A DNA stretch of 64,000 bases from Pseudomonadota bacterium (GTDB lineage: Bacteria; Desulfobacterota; Desulfobacteria; Desulfobacterales; JBDRRP01). The translations under genes and the position numbers were made by a program. The notes beneath the pieces were generated by a model. The model had not been told where the DNA came from. It saw nothing but the letters and a program-made list of their open reading frames with translations, and searched no databases. Of the stretch, positions 38,292-47,782 are shown one piece after another (the first letter of the stretch is position 1; each line of letters opens with the position of its first letter). The stretch covers positions 1 to 64,000 of the forward strand of contig JBDRRP010000139.1 of NCBI GenBank assembly GCA_043825735.1, in the 5' to 3' direction.

Positions 38292-39656
38292 ATGAAATCC
38301 GCCATCATGCGTCTTCCCCTTATCACCATGCTCCTATGCACACTTTTCCCGTCGTCGATCTGCGGGGCTACCGAACGCCGGACTGCATTGGTCATCGGAA
38401 ATAGTCACTACAGCGACGGACTTTTGAAAAACCCTGTCAATGATGCCACAGATATCGCCGCAGCCCTAAAGGGCCTTGGATTCACTGTTACCTTGAGGTT
38501 AGACGCAGATTTGCGCGTTATGAAAGATGAAATTGATAATTTCGGTGAAACCCTCAAAAAGGGTGGCGTTGGTCTATTCTTCTACGCTGGTCATGGTATC
38601 CAAGTCGGCGGCGTCAATTATCTGATTCCAGTTCGTGCCAAGATTAGTAACGAGAGGATGGTAGAGTACGAAGCGCTTGACGTCAACCGCCTATTGTCTT
38701 CATTGGATTACGCCGGGAACAGTCTCAATATTGTCATGTTGGATGCTTGCCGGGACAATCCCCTCGCCAGAAGTTTCCGTAGTGCAGGTAGAGGGTTGGC
38801 GATCATTTCCAGGACACCGCAAAGTACGATTATTTCTTTTTCAACAGGCGCCAATCAGGTTGCAGCTGACGGTGATGGCCGCAACAGCCCTTATACTGCT
38901 GCATTCCTGCAAAGCATTAAGACCCCGGGCCTACCGGTAGAGCAAGTATTTAAAAGCGTGCGTAACAAGCTCGTGGAAGACACTCAAGGCCGGCAGGAAC
39001 CTGCCGAGTATACTACATTAAGGGGAGATTTCTACTTCGTTCCACACCGCGGCGAGACGGAAAACAGTCCTGATACCGCTTCCACCCTGCCGAAATCATC
39101 ACCCGAACCGGCACCTGATGATTTGTCCCGGCAGCAGGCGCTCGATGGCGGGGGTGAGACGCTATCTGCAGAACGCCGCAAAACGGAAGCCGAGCGGCAG
39201 GCGCTGGCCATGGGGCAGCGGCTATCGGCCCCGGCAGCCGGCGAGACCGGCAGAGACGGTCATTTCATAGCCTATGACAACGGCACGGTTTTGGATACAA
39301 AGACGAGCCTGATGTGGGCGAGTAAAGATAATGGGAGCAATATCAGCTGGGCCAATGCCAGGTCCTATTGTGAAAATTACCGGGGCGGCGGCTATTCCGA
39401 CTGGCGGATGCCCACTCAGGATGAACTGGCGGGGTTGTATGATGCGGGCAAACCCCGGCCGGCAGCCTGCAGTATATGGTATCCCGTACATGTTGCGACA
39501 GAATTGATTGATATTACGTGTTATGTCGCCTGGGCCTCAGAATCGCGCGGTTCCGAGGCGGCCGTCTTCAATTTCGGCCTTGGCAATCGGTACTGGCTTC
39601 ACCAGTCCGATGATATCAGCGAGTCCCGGGCACTGCCGGTGCGCTCCGGCAGATAG
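38292..39656 (+). CDS. secreted caspase-family (peptidase C14) protein fused to a C-terminal DUF1566 (Lcl-like) domain
   Basis: Signal peptide. Catalytic dyad contexts YAGHGIQ and MLDACRDNP. A P/E/S-rich linker. C-terminal GTVLDTKTSLMWA...WRMPT typical of DUF1566. The N-terminal half is visibly AT-richer than the rest. Confidence 0.7.
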   Translation: MKSAIMRLPLITMLLCTLFPSSICGATERRTALVIGNSHYSDGLLKNPVNDATDIAAALKGLGFTVTLRLDADLRVMKDEIDNFGETLKKGGVGLFFYAGHGIQVGGVNYLIPVRAKISNERMVEYEALDVNRLLSSLDYAGNSLNIVMLDACRDNPLARSFRSAGRGLAIISRTPQSTIISFSTGANQVAADGDGRNSPYTAAFLQSIKTPGLPVEQVFKSVRNKLVEDTQGRQEPAEYTTLRGDFYFVPHRGETENSPDTASTLPKSSPEPAPDDLSRQQALDGGGETLSAERRKTEAERQALAMGQRLSAPAAGETGRDGHFIAYDNGTVLDTKTSLMWASKDNGSNISWANARSYCENYRGGGYSDWRMPTQDELAGLYDAGKPRPAACSIWYPVHVATELIDITCYVAWASESRGSEAAVFNFGLGNRYWLHQSDDISESRALPVRSGR

Positions 39657-39793
39657 ATTAGAAGCCATTTCAAAACCTCCCTTGAGGCCCAATCTCGGTG
39701 TTGGATCTGATTGAAGGTTTTGAAACAGCTTATAGTGTTTCCATTTCAACCCGGGAAAACGGGAGATATCGGCCCTATTTCATCAATTTCGGA

Positions 39794-40174
39794 TCAGGTG
39801 GCCCGCCAGGTAGGTGCCCATGGAAAAACGGTGGCGATGAGTTTTCCCGTATTGTCGGAAAACCGGTCCATCAGCGGCCCCGCCCCGGCAAATTCCCGGA
39901 AGGAGACCAGCCGCTGCGGCGCTCCGCTATCCACCAGCGCTGCGTCCAGGAGATAGGCCGCGATGATTTCGGCCACCGCCGGTGGGGGCGGCCGGCCGTC
40001 GGCGTTCAGGACACCGGTGCCGGCATGGACGGTGTATTCGATGCCGAAAAAGGGCACTACGAAACGTTTCTCGGCCATGGACAACCCGAGATGGCGGCAG
40101 CGCGCCGCCAGATCCGCCGTTGTCAGGCGGTCTATCGCATCCGATGATGCTGGGGTGTCGGCCGTATCGGTCAC
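39794..40174 (-). CDS. hypothetical protein
   Basis: ORF overlapping the next gene by 4 nt. Confidence 0.4.
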   Translation of the reverse strand: MTDTADTPASSDAIDRLTTADLAARCRHLGLSMAEKRFVVPFFGIEYTVHAGTGVLNADGRPPPPAVAEIIAAYLLDAALVDSGAPQRLVSFREFAGAGPLMDRFSDNTGKLIATVFPWAPTWRAT

Positions 40175-40392
40175 AGGACCGTTTCCCCCAGCGCTTTGAG
40201 TTTTACCACGATGACTTCTCGCGCTTCTTCCAGGGCGAACAGGGCCTGCATGATGGGCGGTTTCACCGAGTGCGCCGGCATGCGACTCTCGACGTCCGCC
40301 AGTTCCGTGTCGATGCGGGCCAGTTCCTTTTTGAGTTCCTCGATGCTTTTCATGGTGATGCCTTTCTCAATCTTATGGTGAGGCAACGTCAA
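40171..40392 (-). CDS. small hypothetical coiled-coil protein
   Basis: 73-aa ORF. The likely start is MKSIEEL. Confidence 0.35.
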   Translation of the reverse strand: MTLPHHKIEKGITMKSIEELKKELARIDTELADVESRMPAHSVKPPIMQALFALEEAREVIVVKLKALGETVL

Positions 40393-40536
40393 GATAAGGC
40401 ATCACGCCGCCGTGTGCCATGACATAGGTCAATTACCCCCACCTTTTCAACACCATATGACCTGGGACTGGAATCGCTATCGAAATCGGGATCGGGTTCG
40501 GAAAAGGATCGATCGTGATGATTGACGCGGCCGGTA

Positions 40537-40815
40537 TCAGGATGCCCGCGGGCAGTTCTCGGGGACCGGAAGATTGAGGTGGCGGCATAGGCGGATCGTC
40601 AGATCCGGGTCGCAGTGGTCGGCATCCACCAGGGCGTGGACGGCTTCCGGGGTGGCGTTCACGGCGGCAGCCGCTTTCTGCAGCGCACCGGTATCCACGT
40701 CGAGGGCTTCGGCGATGCGCACGGTGCAAGGACACACGTGGCACTCCCGGCGGTAGCAGTCCTCAAAGGCCGGGTCGCTGAGCATGTCCCGGCAAAGCGT
40801 TCTAAGCGTCTGCAT
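40537..40815 (-). CDS. putative antitoxin / small DNA-binding partner of the Gp49-like toxin
   Basis: Overlaps the upstream toxin ORF by 14 nt. 92 aa. Confidence 0.4.
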   Translation of the reverse strand: MQTLRTLCRDMLSDPAFEDCYRRECHVCPCTVRIAEALDVDTGALQKAAAAVNATPEAVHALVDADHCDPDLTIRLCRHLNLPVPENCPRAS

Positions 40816-41218
40816 GGGCCGCTGCCTCCAAACGGTTTTCCGGGGTCATGTCAAGAAACGCACTGCGGTAACGGATGACCTCGTCGATGATCCGCTCAGG
40901 CACCCGGTCGGTGTTTTTGACAAAGGCGTGGTAGAGAATGATGAAGCGCTGGTAACAAAAGAAGTAAAGCAGCCGCACCTGATCACCCGACAGCTTGATC
41001 CGCAGTTCATGGATCCCCTCTCTCAGGATGTCGGCGTAGGGCCGCGGGAGGGTGGGGCCTTGCTGCTCCAGCAGATCCAGAAACCGAAGAATTTTGACCT
41101 GGTGCTTTTGCTGGCGGGTTTCGATAAACTCCGAGACGGGGCAGCCCTGGATCTGCTCGTCGCAAAAAAGGACATGCCAGTGGGGCGTTGATGCGGTTGC
41201 CATGCCGATACGTTTCAC
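40802..41218 (-). CDS. Gp49-like (PF05973) type II toxin, RelE/ParE/HigB superfamily
   Basis: VRLLYFFCYQRFIILYHAFVKNTDRVPERIIDEVIRYR matches the phage Gp49 / HigB-like signature. Confidence 0.6.
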   Translation of the reverse strand: MKRIGMATASTPHWHVLFCDEQIQGCPVSEFIETRQQKHQVKILRFLDLLEQQGPTLPRPYADILREGIHELRIKLSGDQVRLLYFFCYQRFIILYHAFVKNTDRVPERIIDEVIRYRSAFLDMTPENRLEAAAHADA

Positions 41219-41480
41219 TTATCGCAGATGGTTGAATGGTGTCGGTGCTCATCCTCTGTGAACACCCCTGTAGGGGATCGGGCTATTTTACATGTCTTGC
41301 CGATTGCGTCAACCGTTGGTCGCCGCCCTGTGCGGCCGTGCTGCCGGCAACTGTTTACTTATCCCGGCAAACCTTATAAATTTGGCGCGCGAAACCGGTT
41401 GCTCAGATGCCCCATGTCATTGACGACAGGCGACACAAACCAGCCGCGGCGAGCCGCCCTCGGACAGACGGAAACCGACC

Positions 41481-42143
41481 ATGCAGCCACCCATCTATCG
41501 TATTCTCAACTCCCGACCGTTTATTGTGCTTCTCTATCGGGTGATACGACTTTACTGCAGGACGTTTCGACTTGCCGTGGAAAACGAATCTGCGTGGATG
41601 TCGCATCTGAAGGCCGGAGGTACGGTGCTGCTGTGCACCTGGCACCAGCAGTTTTTTTCGGCCATTCGGTATTTTCAGAATTACCGCAGCTTCCGACCCG
41701 GACTCATGATCAGTCGAAGCCGGGACGGGGAGATCATCGCAGGGGTGGCTGCCTGCACCGGATGGCACCCGGTGCGCGGCTCCTCGTCCACCGGTGGAAA
41801 GGAGGCCCTCAATGAGATGGTAACCCATCTTTCCGAAAGACGACTGGCCGGCCATATCCTGGACGGGCCCAAAGGACCTGCCGGCACGGTCAAGGCCGGG
41901 GTGATCCGCCTGGCGCACGCCGCAGGAGCGGTCATTGTGCCATTTACGGTCACGGCCGACAAATGCTGGTATGCCGCCAGCTGGGACCGGTTCATGGTGC
42001 CTAAACCCTTCAGCCGTGTGCGGATCCGCTACGGCGACATGATCCGGTTTCCTACACCTGCCGATCACGCCGGGTTCGAGTCTCAACGCCAGGCGCTCGA
42101 AGATATCATGCTTCCCGCGCTGGTGCTCCCGGATAATACCTGA
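41481..42143 (+). CDS. DUF374 (lysophospholipid acyltransferase-like) protein
   Basis: Size and motifs are consistent with DUF374. Confidence 0.5.
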   Translation: MQPPIYRILNSRPFIVLLYRVIRLYCRTFRLAVENESAWMSHLKAGGTVLLCTWHQQFFSAIRYFQNYRSFRPGLMISRSRDGEIIAGVAACTGWHPVRGSSSTGGKEALNEMVTHLSERRLAGHILDGPKGPAGTVKAGVIRLAHAAGAVIVPFTVTADKCWYAASWDRFMVPKPFSRVRIRYGDMIRFPTPADHAGFESQRQALEDIMLPALVLPDNT

Positions 42144-42233
42144 TCCGGGTCACTCTGAAACCAATGTCCCCGATGACAAATTGATCACCACGAAGTAAAC
42201 TGCATAAACGCCGATACCTTTTTGAGACGGCTA

Positions 42234-42974
42234 TTACTTCGGCGCGTCCACGTGCGCGGCGATTTTTTCGCGCACCATCGCGGCGGTTTCTTCGGCGCTG
42301 AGATCCTGGAACGCTGCGTAGGGGATTTCCTCCAGTACGCTGAGGCGGATGGCGTGGCGGCCCTGGATGACGAGACTGTGCTTGGGCAGGGCCCGATGGG
42401 TTCCGTTGATGGCGATGGCCAGAATCGGGACCTGCATTTTCTTGGCGGTGAGAAACGCCCCGGGTTTGAACGCTTTCAGCACGCCGGTCTTAGAGCGCGT
42501 CCCTTCGGGGAAGAAGTAGACCGAGCTCCCCTTCGCGATGGCGGCCTCGCAGGCGGTCAGCATTTTCGCGATGCTCTCCTTGTCGCCCCTTTTCAGCGGA
42601 ATATACCGGTTGAGAGTCATGTTCCAGCCGATAAAGGGTAGCCGGAAGACTTCGATCTTGGACACCCACTTGAAGGGGAAGAAAAGTCGGAAGGCCACCA
42701 GGATGTCCAGCTGCGACTGGTGGTTTGAGACGATGACGTAGGGCCCCGGGTGCGTGATTTTTTCCCGTCCTTCCAGCCGGACCGACCACGCCGGCATGGT
42801 CCACAGGTAAAGGCAGGCCCAAAACGAGGTGAATTGGTGAAGGATGACCAGCCGTCGGTCAAATGGCCCGGTGATCAGACGGATGACAACCGCCACCAGG
42901 AAAAAGAGGGCACTGGTCGCGGCCATGTAGGCGAGAAAGGCGATGGAGATGAGCCGGTTTGACATGAACGGCAT
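42234..42974 (-). CDS. plsC: 1-acyl-sn-glycerol-3-phosphate acyltransferase
   Basis: NHQSQLD (HX4D) and FPEGTRS motifs. Confidence 0.85.
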   Translation of the reverse strand: MPFMSNRLISIAFLAYMAATSALFFLVAVVIRLITGPFDRRLVILHQFTSFWACLYLWTMPAWSVRLEGREKITHPGPYVIVSNHQSQLDILVAFRLFFPFKWVSKIEVFRLPFIGWNMTLNRYIPLKRGDKESIAKMLTACEAAIAKGSSVYFFPEGTRSKTGVLKAFKPGAFLTAKKMQVPILAIAINGTHRALPKHSLVIQGRHAIRLSVLEEIPYAAFQDLSAEETAAMVREKIAAHVDAPK

Positions 42975-43402
42975 GTTTAGGCCATCGATGGCGTTCTGTC
43001 AATTGGTTGCCTTAGAAACCCGGCGCTTCGCGCAGGGCTCCAGGTGAAAGCCCTCGTTGTTGGCGGGAAGCATTTTGTCGTGGCCCGTGGCTGCAATTCA
43101 AAGCCACCCGTTTTGCCGGTATCGATTTACTCCGGGCGCGCCCCTGCCGATGAATCGGGGGGGCGCAAATACCGTGTCGTAACGATTTGCTTGCTAAAAA
43201 CCCGTTGCTGCCATTATGTCTGGATAAACGGTGCCGGCAGTTTGGCATCAGGTCCTGAACACCTTACACCGCAGCGGGCCTTTGCATGAGCGCCCTCAAG
43301 CCGTCAACGGCCTGCTGCGGTGCGCGGCCGCACGCAAGCGCGGACGAAACTGACGCACGGCAGGCATTGCGGGCCACTTTTTTACTACAAGGGGAGCATA
43401 TC

Positions 43403-44920
43403 ATGGGCGTCACCATCGGAGCACTGGATTTGGGAACAACCAGCAGTCGTTTCATCATTTTCGACACTGCCGGGCGTATCGTGGCCATGGACCAGAAGGA
43501 GCACCGACAGATCCGGCCCAAACCGGGGTGGGTGGAACACGACCCGCTGGAAATCTGGGACAACACTCGCGCGGTGATCACCGGCGCCCTGGCGAAAGCC
43601 GGACTGCGGGGCCGTGACATCGCCGCTGTCGGCGTGACCAACCAACGCGAAACCGTCCTGATCTGGGACAGAGAAACCGGGAAACCTTACTGCCATGCCA
43701 TTGTGTGGCAGTGCACCCGCACCGATGAGATGTGCCGGCACCTGGAAGCGGCCCATGGGGCGGATGTTTTTAGGGAAAAAACCGGTTTGCCCGTGGCCAC
43801 CTATTTTTCAGGGCCCAAGATCCGGTGGATTCTCGACCACGTTCCGGAGGCCGCCGCCGGGGTGACCAGCGGACGCGCCATGGTGGGCACCATGGACAGT
43901 TGGGCCATCTGGTGGCTGACCGGGGGGCCGGCTGGCGGTGTGCACGTCACCGATGTCACCAATGCCAGCCGCACGCTGCTCATGAATATCCGCACGCTTG
44001 CGTGGGATGCCGATCTACTGGAAGTCATGGGTATCTCCGATCACGTGCTGCCGCGCATCGTTCCCTCCATCGCAACCGTACCGTGGGGTCACACCCTGGA
44101 CAGCGGCCCGCTGGGAGCTGCCGTGCCGGTCTGCGGCGCCCTGGGCGATCAGCAGGCGGCCCTGGTGGGGCAAACCTGTTTTTCTCCAGGCGAGGCCAAA
44201 AACACCTACGGCACAGGGTGCTTTCTGCTGCTCAACACCGGCACTGCGCCGATTCCCTCCACTCACGGTATGCTCACCACTGTGGGCTACCAGATGGCCG
44301 GCCAGGCGCCGGTCTACTGCCTCGAGGGCGCTATCGCCGTGGCCGGCGCACTGGTGCAGTGGCTCAGAGACAACATCGGCATGATAACCCATGCCGCCGA
44401 GATCGAAACCCTGGCCCGGTCGGTGACCGACTGCGGCGGGGCCTACATCGTGCCGGCCTTTTCCGGCCTGTTCGCACCCTACTGGCGCTCCGACGCCCGG
44501 GGGGTCATCGCCGGGCTCACCGGATACGTGAACAAGGGGCACATCGCCCGGGCCGTGCTGGAGGCCACTGCCTACCAGACCCACGACATCGTGGCGGCCA
44601 TGAACCGGGATTCCGGGGTGGCGCTCACCAGTCTGAAGGTCGACGGCGGCATGGTGGCCAACGAGTTGCTCATGCAGTTTCAATCGGACATTCTGGACGT
44701 TCCGGTAATCCGGCCCATGGTAACCGAGACCACTGCGCTGGGTGCGGCCTATGCCGCCGGCCTGGGGGTGGGCGTGTGGCCGGACATGGAGACGCTGCGC
44801 CGAAACTGGGCCGTGGACAAGACCTGGGAGCCCAAGATGGCCGCCGCCGACAGGGCGCGGGGGGTAAAGGGATGGCAGAAAGCGGTGAGCCGGACACTGG
44901 ACTGGGAGGAGATAGCGTGA
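43403..44920 (+). CDS. glpK: glycerol kinase
   Basis: AIDQGTTSSR-like [28 protein letters not shown], and full FGGY N- and C-terminal domains. AAGGGGA RBS. Confidence 0.95.
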   Translation: MGVTIGALDLGTTSSRFIIFDTAGRIVAMDQKEHRQIRPKPGWVEHDPLEIWDNTRAVITGALAKAGLRGRDIAAVGVTNQRETVLIWDRETGKPYCHAIVWQCTRTDEMCRHLEAAHGADVFREKTGLPVATYFSGPKIRWILDHVPEAAAGVTSGRAMVGTMDSWAIWWLTGGPAGGVHVTDVTNASRTLLMNIRTLAWDADLLEVMGISDHVLPRIVPSIATVPWGHTLDSGPLGAAVPVCGALGDQQAALVGQTCFSPGEAKNTYGTGCFLLLNTGTAPIPSTHGMLTTVGYQMAGQAPVYCLEGAIAVAGALVQWLRDNIGMITHAAEIETLARSVTDCGGAYIVPAFSGLFAPYWRSDARGVIAGLTGYVNKGHIARAVLEATAYQTHDIVAAMNRDSGVALTSLKVDGGMVANELLMQFQSDILDVPVIRPMVTETTALGAAYAAGLGVGVWPDMETLRRNWAVDKTWEPKMAAADRARGVKGWQKAVSRTLDWEEIA

Positions 44921-45028
44921 TCCTCAACGTTCAATGCACAATATTGACGAACTCGTAAAAAAGCAATTTCCTCGCAAAGACGCCAAGTGCGCCAAGAAAA
45001 ACATTCATAATATCTGTTGGTTAGCTTT

Positions 45029-45055
45029 GCGATCTCTGCGGCTTTGCGAGAGATC
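45029..45055. repeat. short palindrome containing the CTCTGCG unit
   Basis: gatctctgcggctttgcgagagatc. Confidence 0.4.
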
Positions 45056-45108
45056 CTGAATTTATACAAGACCATCAACATTGCGCCTTACCCAAATCGC
45101 CCCGCCAC

Positions 45109-45927
45109 TCACCCCACATCCACCAGCGCCATCATCCGCTGGAAGGTTCGGTCGGCATAGGCCGCATCGGTGATCGTCATGTCGATGGCGCCGGTGGGGC
45201 ACGCCGCCACGCACCGGCCGCAGCCTCGGCAGGCGGCGGTGTCGATGACGGCGCGGCCGTCCGCCAGGGCGATGGCGTCCACAAAACAGGTGCCTCTGGA
45301 GCAGGTGCCGCACCCCACGCACCGGTCGGAGACCGTTACCCGGACGCCGGGCAGCCGGTGCACTTTTTCGGCAATGTTTGGTGAAATGGCGGGTAGCACA
45401 CGCCACAGGCAGCAGCACTCGCAGCAGTTGCATATCGTGAGCAGCCGGCCCAGCGGTCCCACCCCCAGCCACACCGAATCGAGTTTGTTGCGGCCCACCA
45501 GGTGCACCAGCCCGGCCTCACGACACTGGCGGGCGTGGTCGATGGCCGCATCTGCCGTGACCGGCCGACCGAATTTAGGGTTGATGTCCATGGCCGCCCG
45601 GCCCAGGAAGAGACATCCCAGGTCAATCGGATAGTGGGCGCAGCCGGATGCATCGCGGCAGATGCAGGCATTCATGATCCAGTGGTAGCGTGCCGTGCGG
45701 ATAAGGCGTTCCAGAACCGCAGAGGGCAGCACCAGGTCCTCACGGGGCGATAGCGCGCTGTTGACGGCGATGGTGGTGTCTTTGGGCAGGATCAGCAGAT
45801 CGTCGCCCTCGAACAATAGATGCTCCACCAGCCTTCCCACCACCGGCCGATGGGTGAGCCGGGACAGGGCGAAGCGGCCGGAAAATGTTTTTTTGATGAG
45901 GGTTCTGACAACGGCCGGCGTGGCCAT
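45109..45927 (-). CDS. 4Fe-4S dicluster-containing Fe-S protein of unknown function
   Basis: CVGCGTCSRGTC and CRGCGRCVAACP ferredoxin motifs, plus a CNCCECCC cluster. Confidence 0.6.
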   Translation of the reverse strand: MATPAVVRTLIKKTFSGRFALSRLTHRPVVGRLVEHLLFEGDDLLILPKDTTIAVNSALSPREDLVLPSAVLERLIRTARYHWIMNACICRDASGCAHYPIDLGCLFLGRAAMDINPKFGRPVTADAAIDHARQCREAGLVHLVGRNKLDSVWLGVGPLGRLLTICNCCECCCLWRVLPAISPNIAEKVHRLPGVRVTVSDRCVGCGTCSRGTCFVDAIALADGRAVIDTAACRGCGRCVAACPTGAIDMTITDAAYADRTFQRMMALVDVG

Positions 45928-46149
45928 GGCGTTCTCCTTTCAGGTAGTGCGCACACTACCATGAACGGACGCCGATTGCCATTGCCGGCCGCTTGACTTT
46001 GTGCATCTGCTATGACTATTAAGCCGTTAAAGCACTGTCAGAATCAGTCATCCAGCCCTGAAAACATCTTCTCGTTTGTGGCCCGTGTTCACCCGCTGTC
46101 TTTGAGAGGCAGTGCGCCGTTGGTATATCATCAACGATAGGAGGACTCT

Positions 46150-47652
46150 GTGCCTGTTGACACGGTTTGGATCGATGAATGTCTGAGCAAGAGAGGCGGC
46201 CATCTTTGGATCGAAGAAATCGATACTGTGCACATTGCCGCCGAATACGGCACCCCGGTCTTCGTTATTTCAGAAAACCAGCTTCGCCGAAATGTACGAC
46301 GATTTCAGAAATCCTTTCAGGCCGGCTGGCCCGACGGTCCGGTGAAAGTACTGCCAGCCGCCAAGGCCAACTGGATCACCGCCGTTCAGAAGATTCTGGC
46401 CCAGGAAGGCTGCGGGTGCGACATCTACTCCGAGGGCGAACTGGCCGTTGCTCTTTCCGCCGGGTTCGCCCATGATCTCATCTCGGTCAACGGGGTGCCC
46501 AAGGCGCCCGATCATATCTACCGTGCCATCAAGGAGGGCTGCCGCATTACCATCGACAGTATGGAGGAGGTGGACGTCATAGAGCGGGCCGCTCGCGATC
46601 TTGACACCACCGCCTTCGTGCGGCTGCGTCTTAAACCGGTGCTCTCTGATTTCGTAAAGTCCAGCGATTTCGCCGCCGAAGGCCTGGTGCCCACGGATCT
46701 GGCCGCCATCGTTTACAAAGGCGGACTCATGTTCGAGCATATTCGGGAAATCGCCCCCCGCATCCTTAAGATGAAGAATGTGGAACTGGTTGGTTTTCAC
46801 CAGCACCACGGCCGCCACAACCGCAGTACCGCCTACTGGCGGGCCCAGATGACGGCCTTCGCCCATGAAATCGGCCGGGTGTCAGCGCTCTTGGGCGGCT
46901 ATCAGCCCAGGGAAATCGATATCGGCGGCGGCTTTGCCATCCCAAGGGACCCCTTTAACGCCGCCACCGACTACACCGAACCGGCGCAGTTGGCGGCGCT
47001 GCACACCATCAGCACGGCCCTGAAGGCTTTTGCCCCGGATCTGCGCTACAAGGTGTTGGCGCCGCTGGTCAACACCATTACGATGCGCCCCAACAAACGG
47101 CGCGCGCCCACCATCGAGCAGTATGCCGCAGCGTGCACCGGCACCCTCCGACAAGAACTTCCCAATCATGGTATCGATACAAAAGGCCTCATGCTTCAAC
47201 TGGAGCCGGGCCGGGCCATGCACGGTGACACGGGCATCCACCTGACCCGGGTCATGGCCATCAAGCGCATCAGCTCGCCGGTGCGCTGGAACCAGGTCAT
47301 CGTGGATTCTACCGAATTCTGGTTCACCGGCGGTCGCTACGAGCACCACCTGCACGATTATCTTTTCGCCAACAAGGTAGATGCGGCATTCGAAGACAAA
47401 GCCGACATCAACGGACGGTCCTGCTACGGCGACCGGCTCATGCCGACCGTGCCGATTCCCTCAGACGTGGCGCCCGGCGATCTATTCGCGATGCTCGATA
47501 CCGCCGCCTATCAGGAGGTCTCCATGAGCCAGTTCAACGCTATGCCACGGCCGGGCACGCTATTGGTGACCGGTGACGTTGCATCTGTTATCCGGGAAGC
47601 CGAAAAACAGGAAATCGTGTTCCAAAGAGATCGGTTGCCTGAACATTTGTGA
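46150..47652 (+). CDS. PLP-dependent decarboxylase of the Orn/DAP/Arg decarboxylase (fold III, LysA-like) family
   Basis: GTPVFVISE, an alanine-racemase-like N-terminal barrel, GFHQHHG and IDIGGGF. GTG start after a GGAGGA RBS. Confidence 0.75.
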   Translation: MPVDTVWIDECLSKRGGHLWIEEIDTVHIAAEYGTPVFVISENQLRRNVRRFQKSFQAGWPDGPVKVLPAAKANWITAVQKILAQEGCGCDIYSEGELAVALSAGFAHDLISVNGVPKAPDHIYRAIKEGCRITIDSMEEVDVIERAARDLDTTAFVRLRLKPVLSDFVKSSDFAAEGLVPTDLAAIVYKGGLMFEHIREIAPRILKMKNVELVGFHQHHGRHNRSTAYWRAQMTAFAHEIGRVSALLGGYQPREIDIGGGFAIPRDPFNAATDYTEPAQLAALHTISTALKAFAPDLRYKVLAPLVNTITMRPNKRRAPTIEQYAAACTGTLRQELPNHGIDTKGLMLQLEPGRAMHGDTGIHLTRVMAIKRISSPVRWNQVIVDSTEFWFTGGRYEHHLHDYLFANKVDAAFEDKADINGRSCYGDRLMPTVPIPSDVAPGDLFAMLDTAAYQEVSMSQFNAMPRPGTLLVTGDVASVIREAEKQEIVFQRDRLPEHL

Positions 47653-47782
47653 GCGTAAGATTGAGGATACACTGAATGGTTATGATTAAACCTTGCGAAA
47701 TCACACAAAATGTTGATTTCAATGACTGTTCGTGTTGATATCGATGTCGTAGGTTTCACATTTAAATGGAGACAACCCGACG

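Noticed and set aside
39698-40147. 149-aa plus-strand ORF
   Set aside because: Overlaps the more plausible minus-strand genes and has a Gly/Arg/Pro-rich composition.
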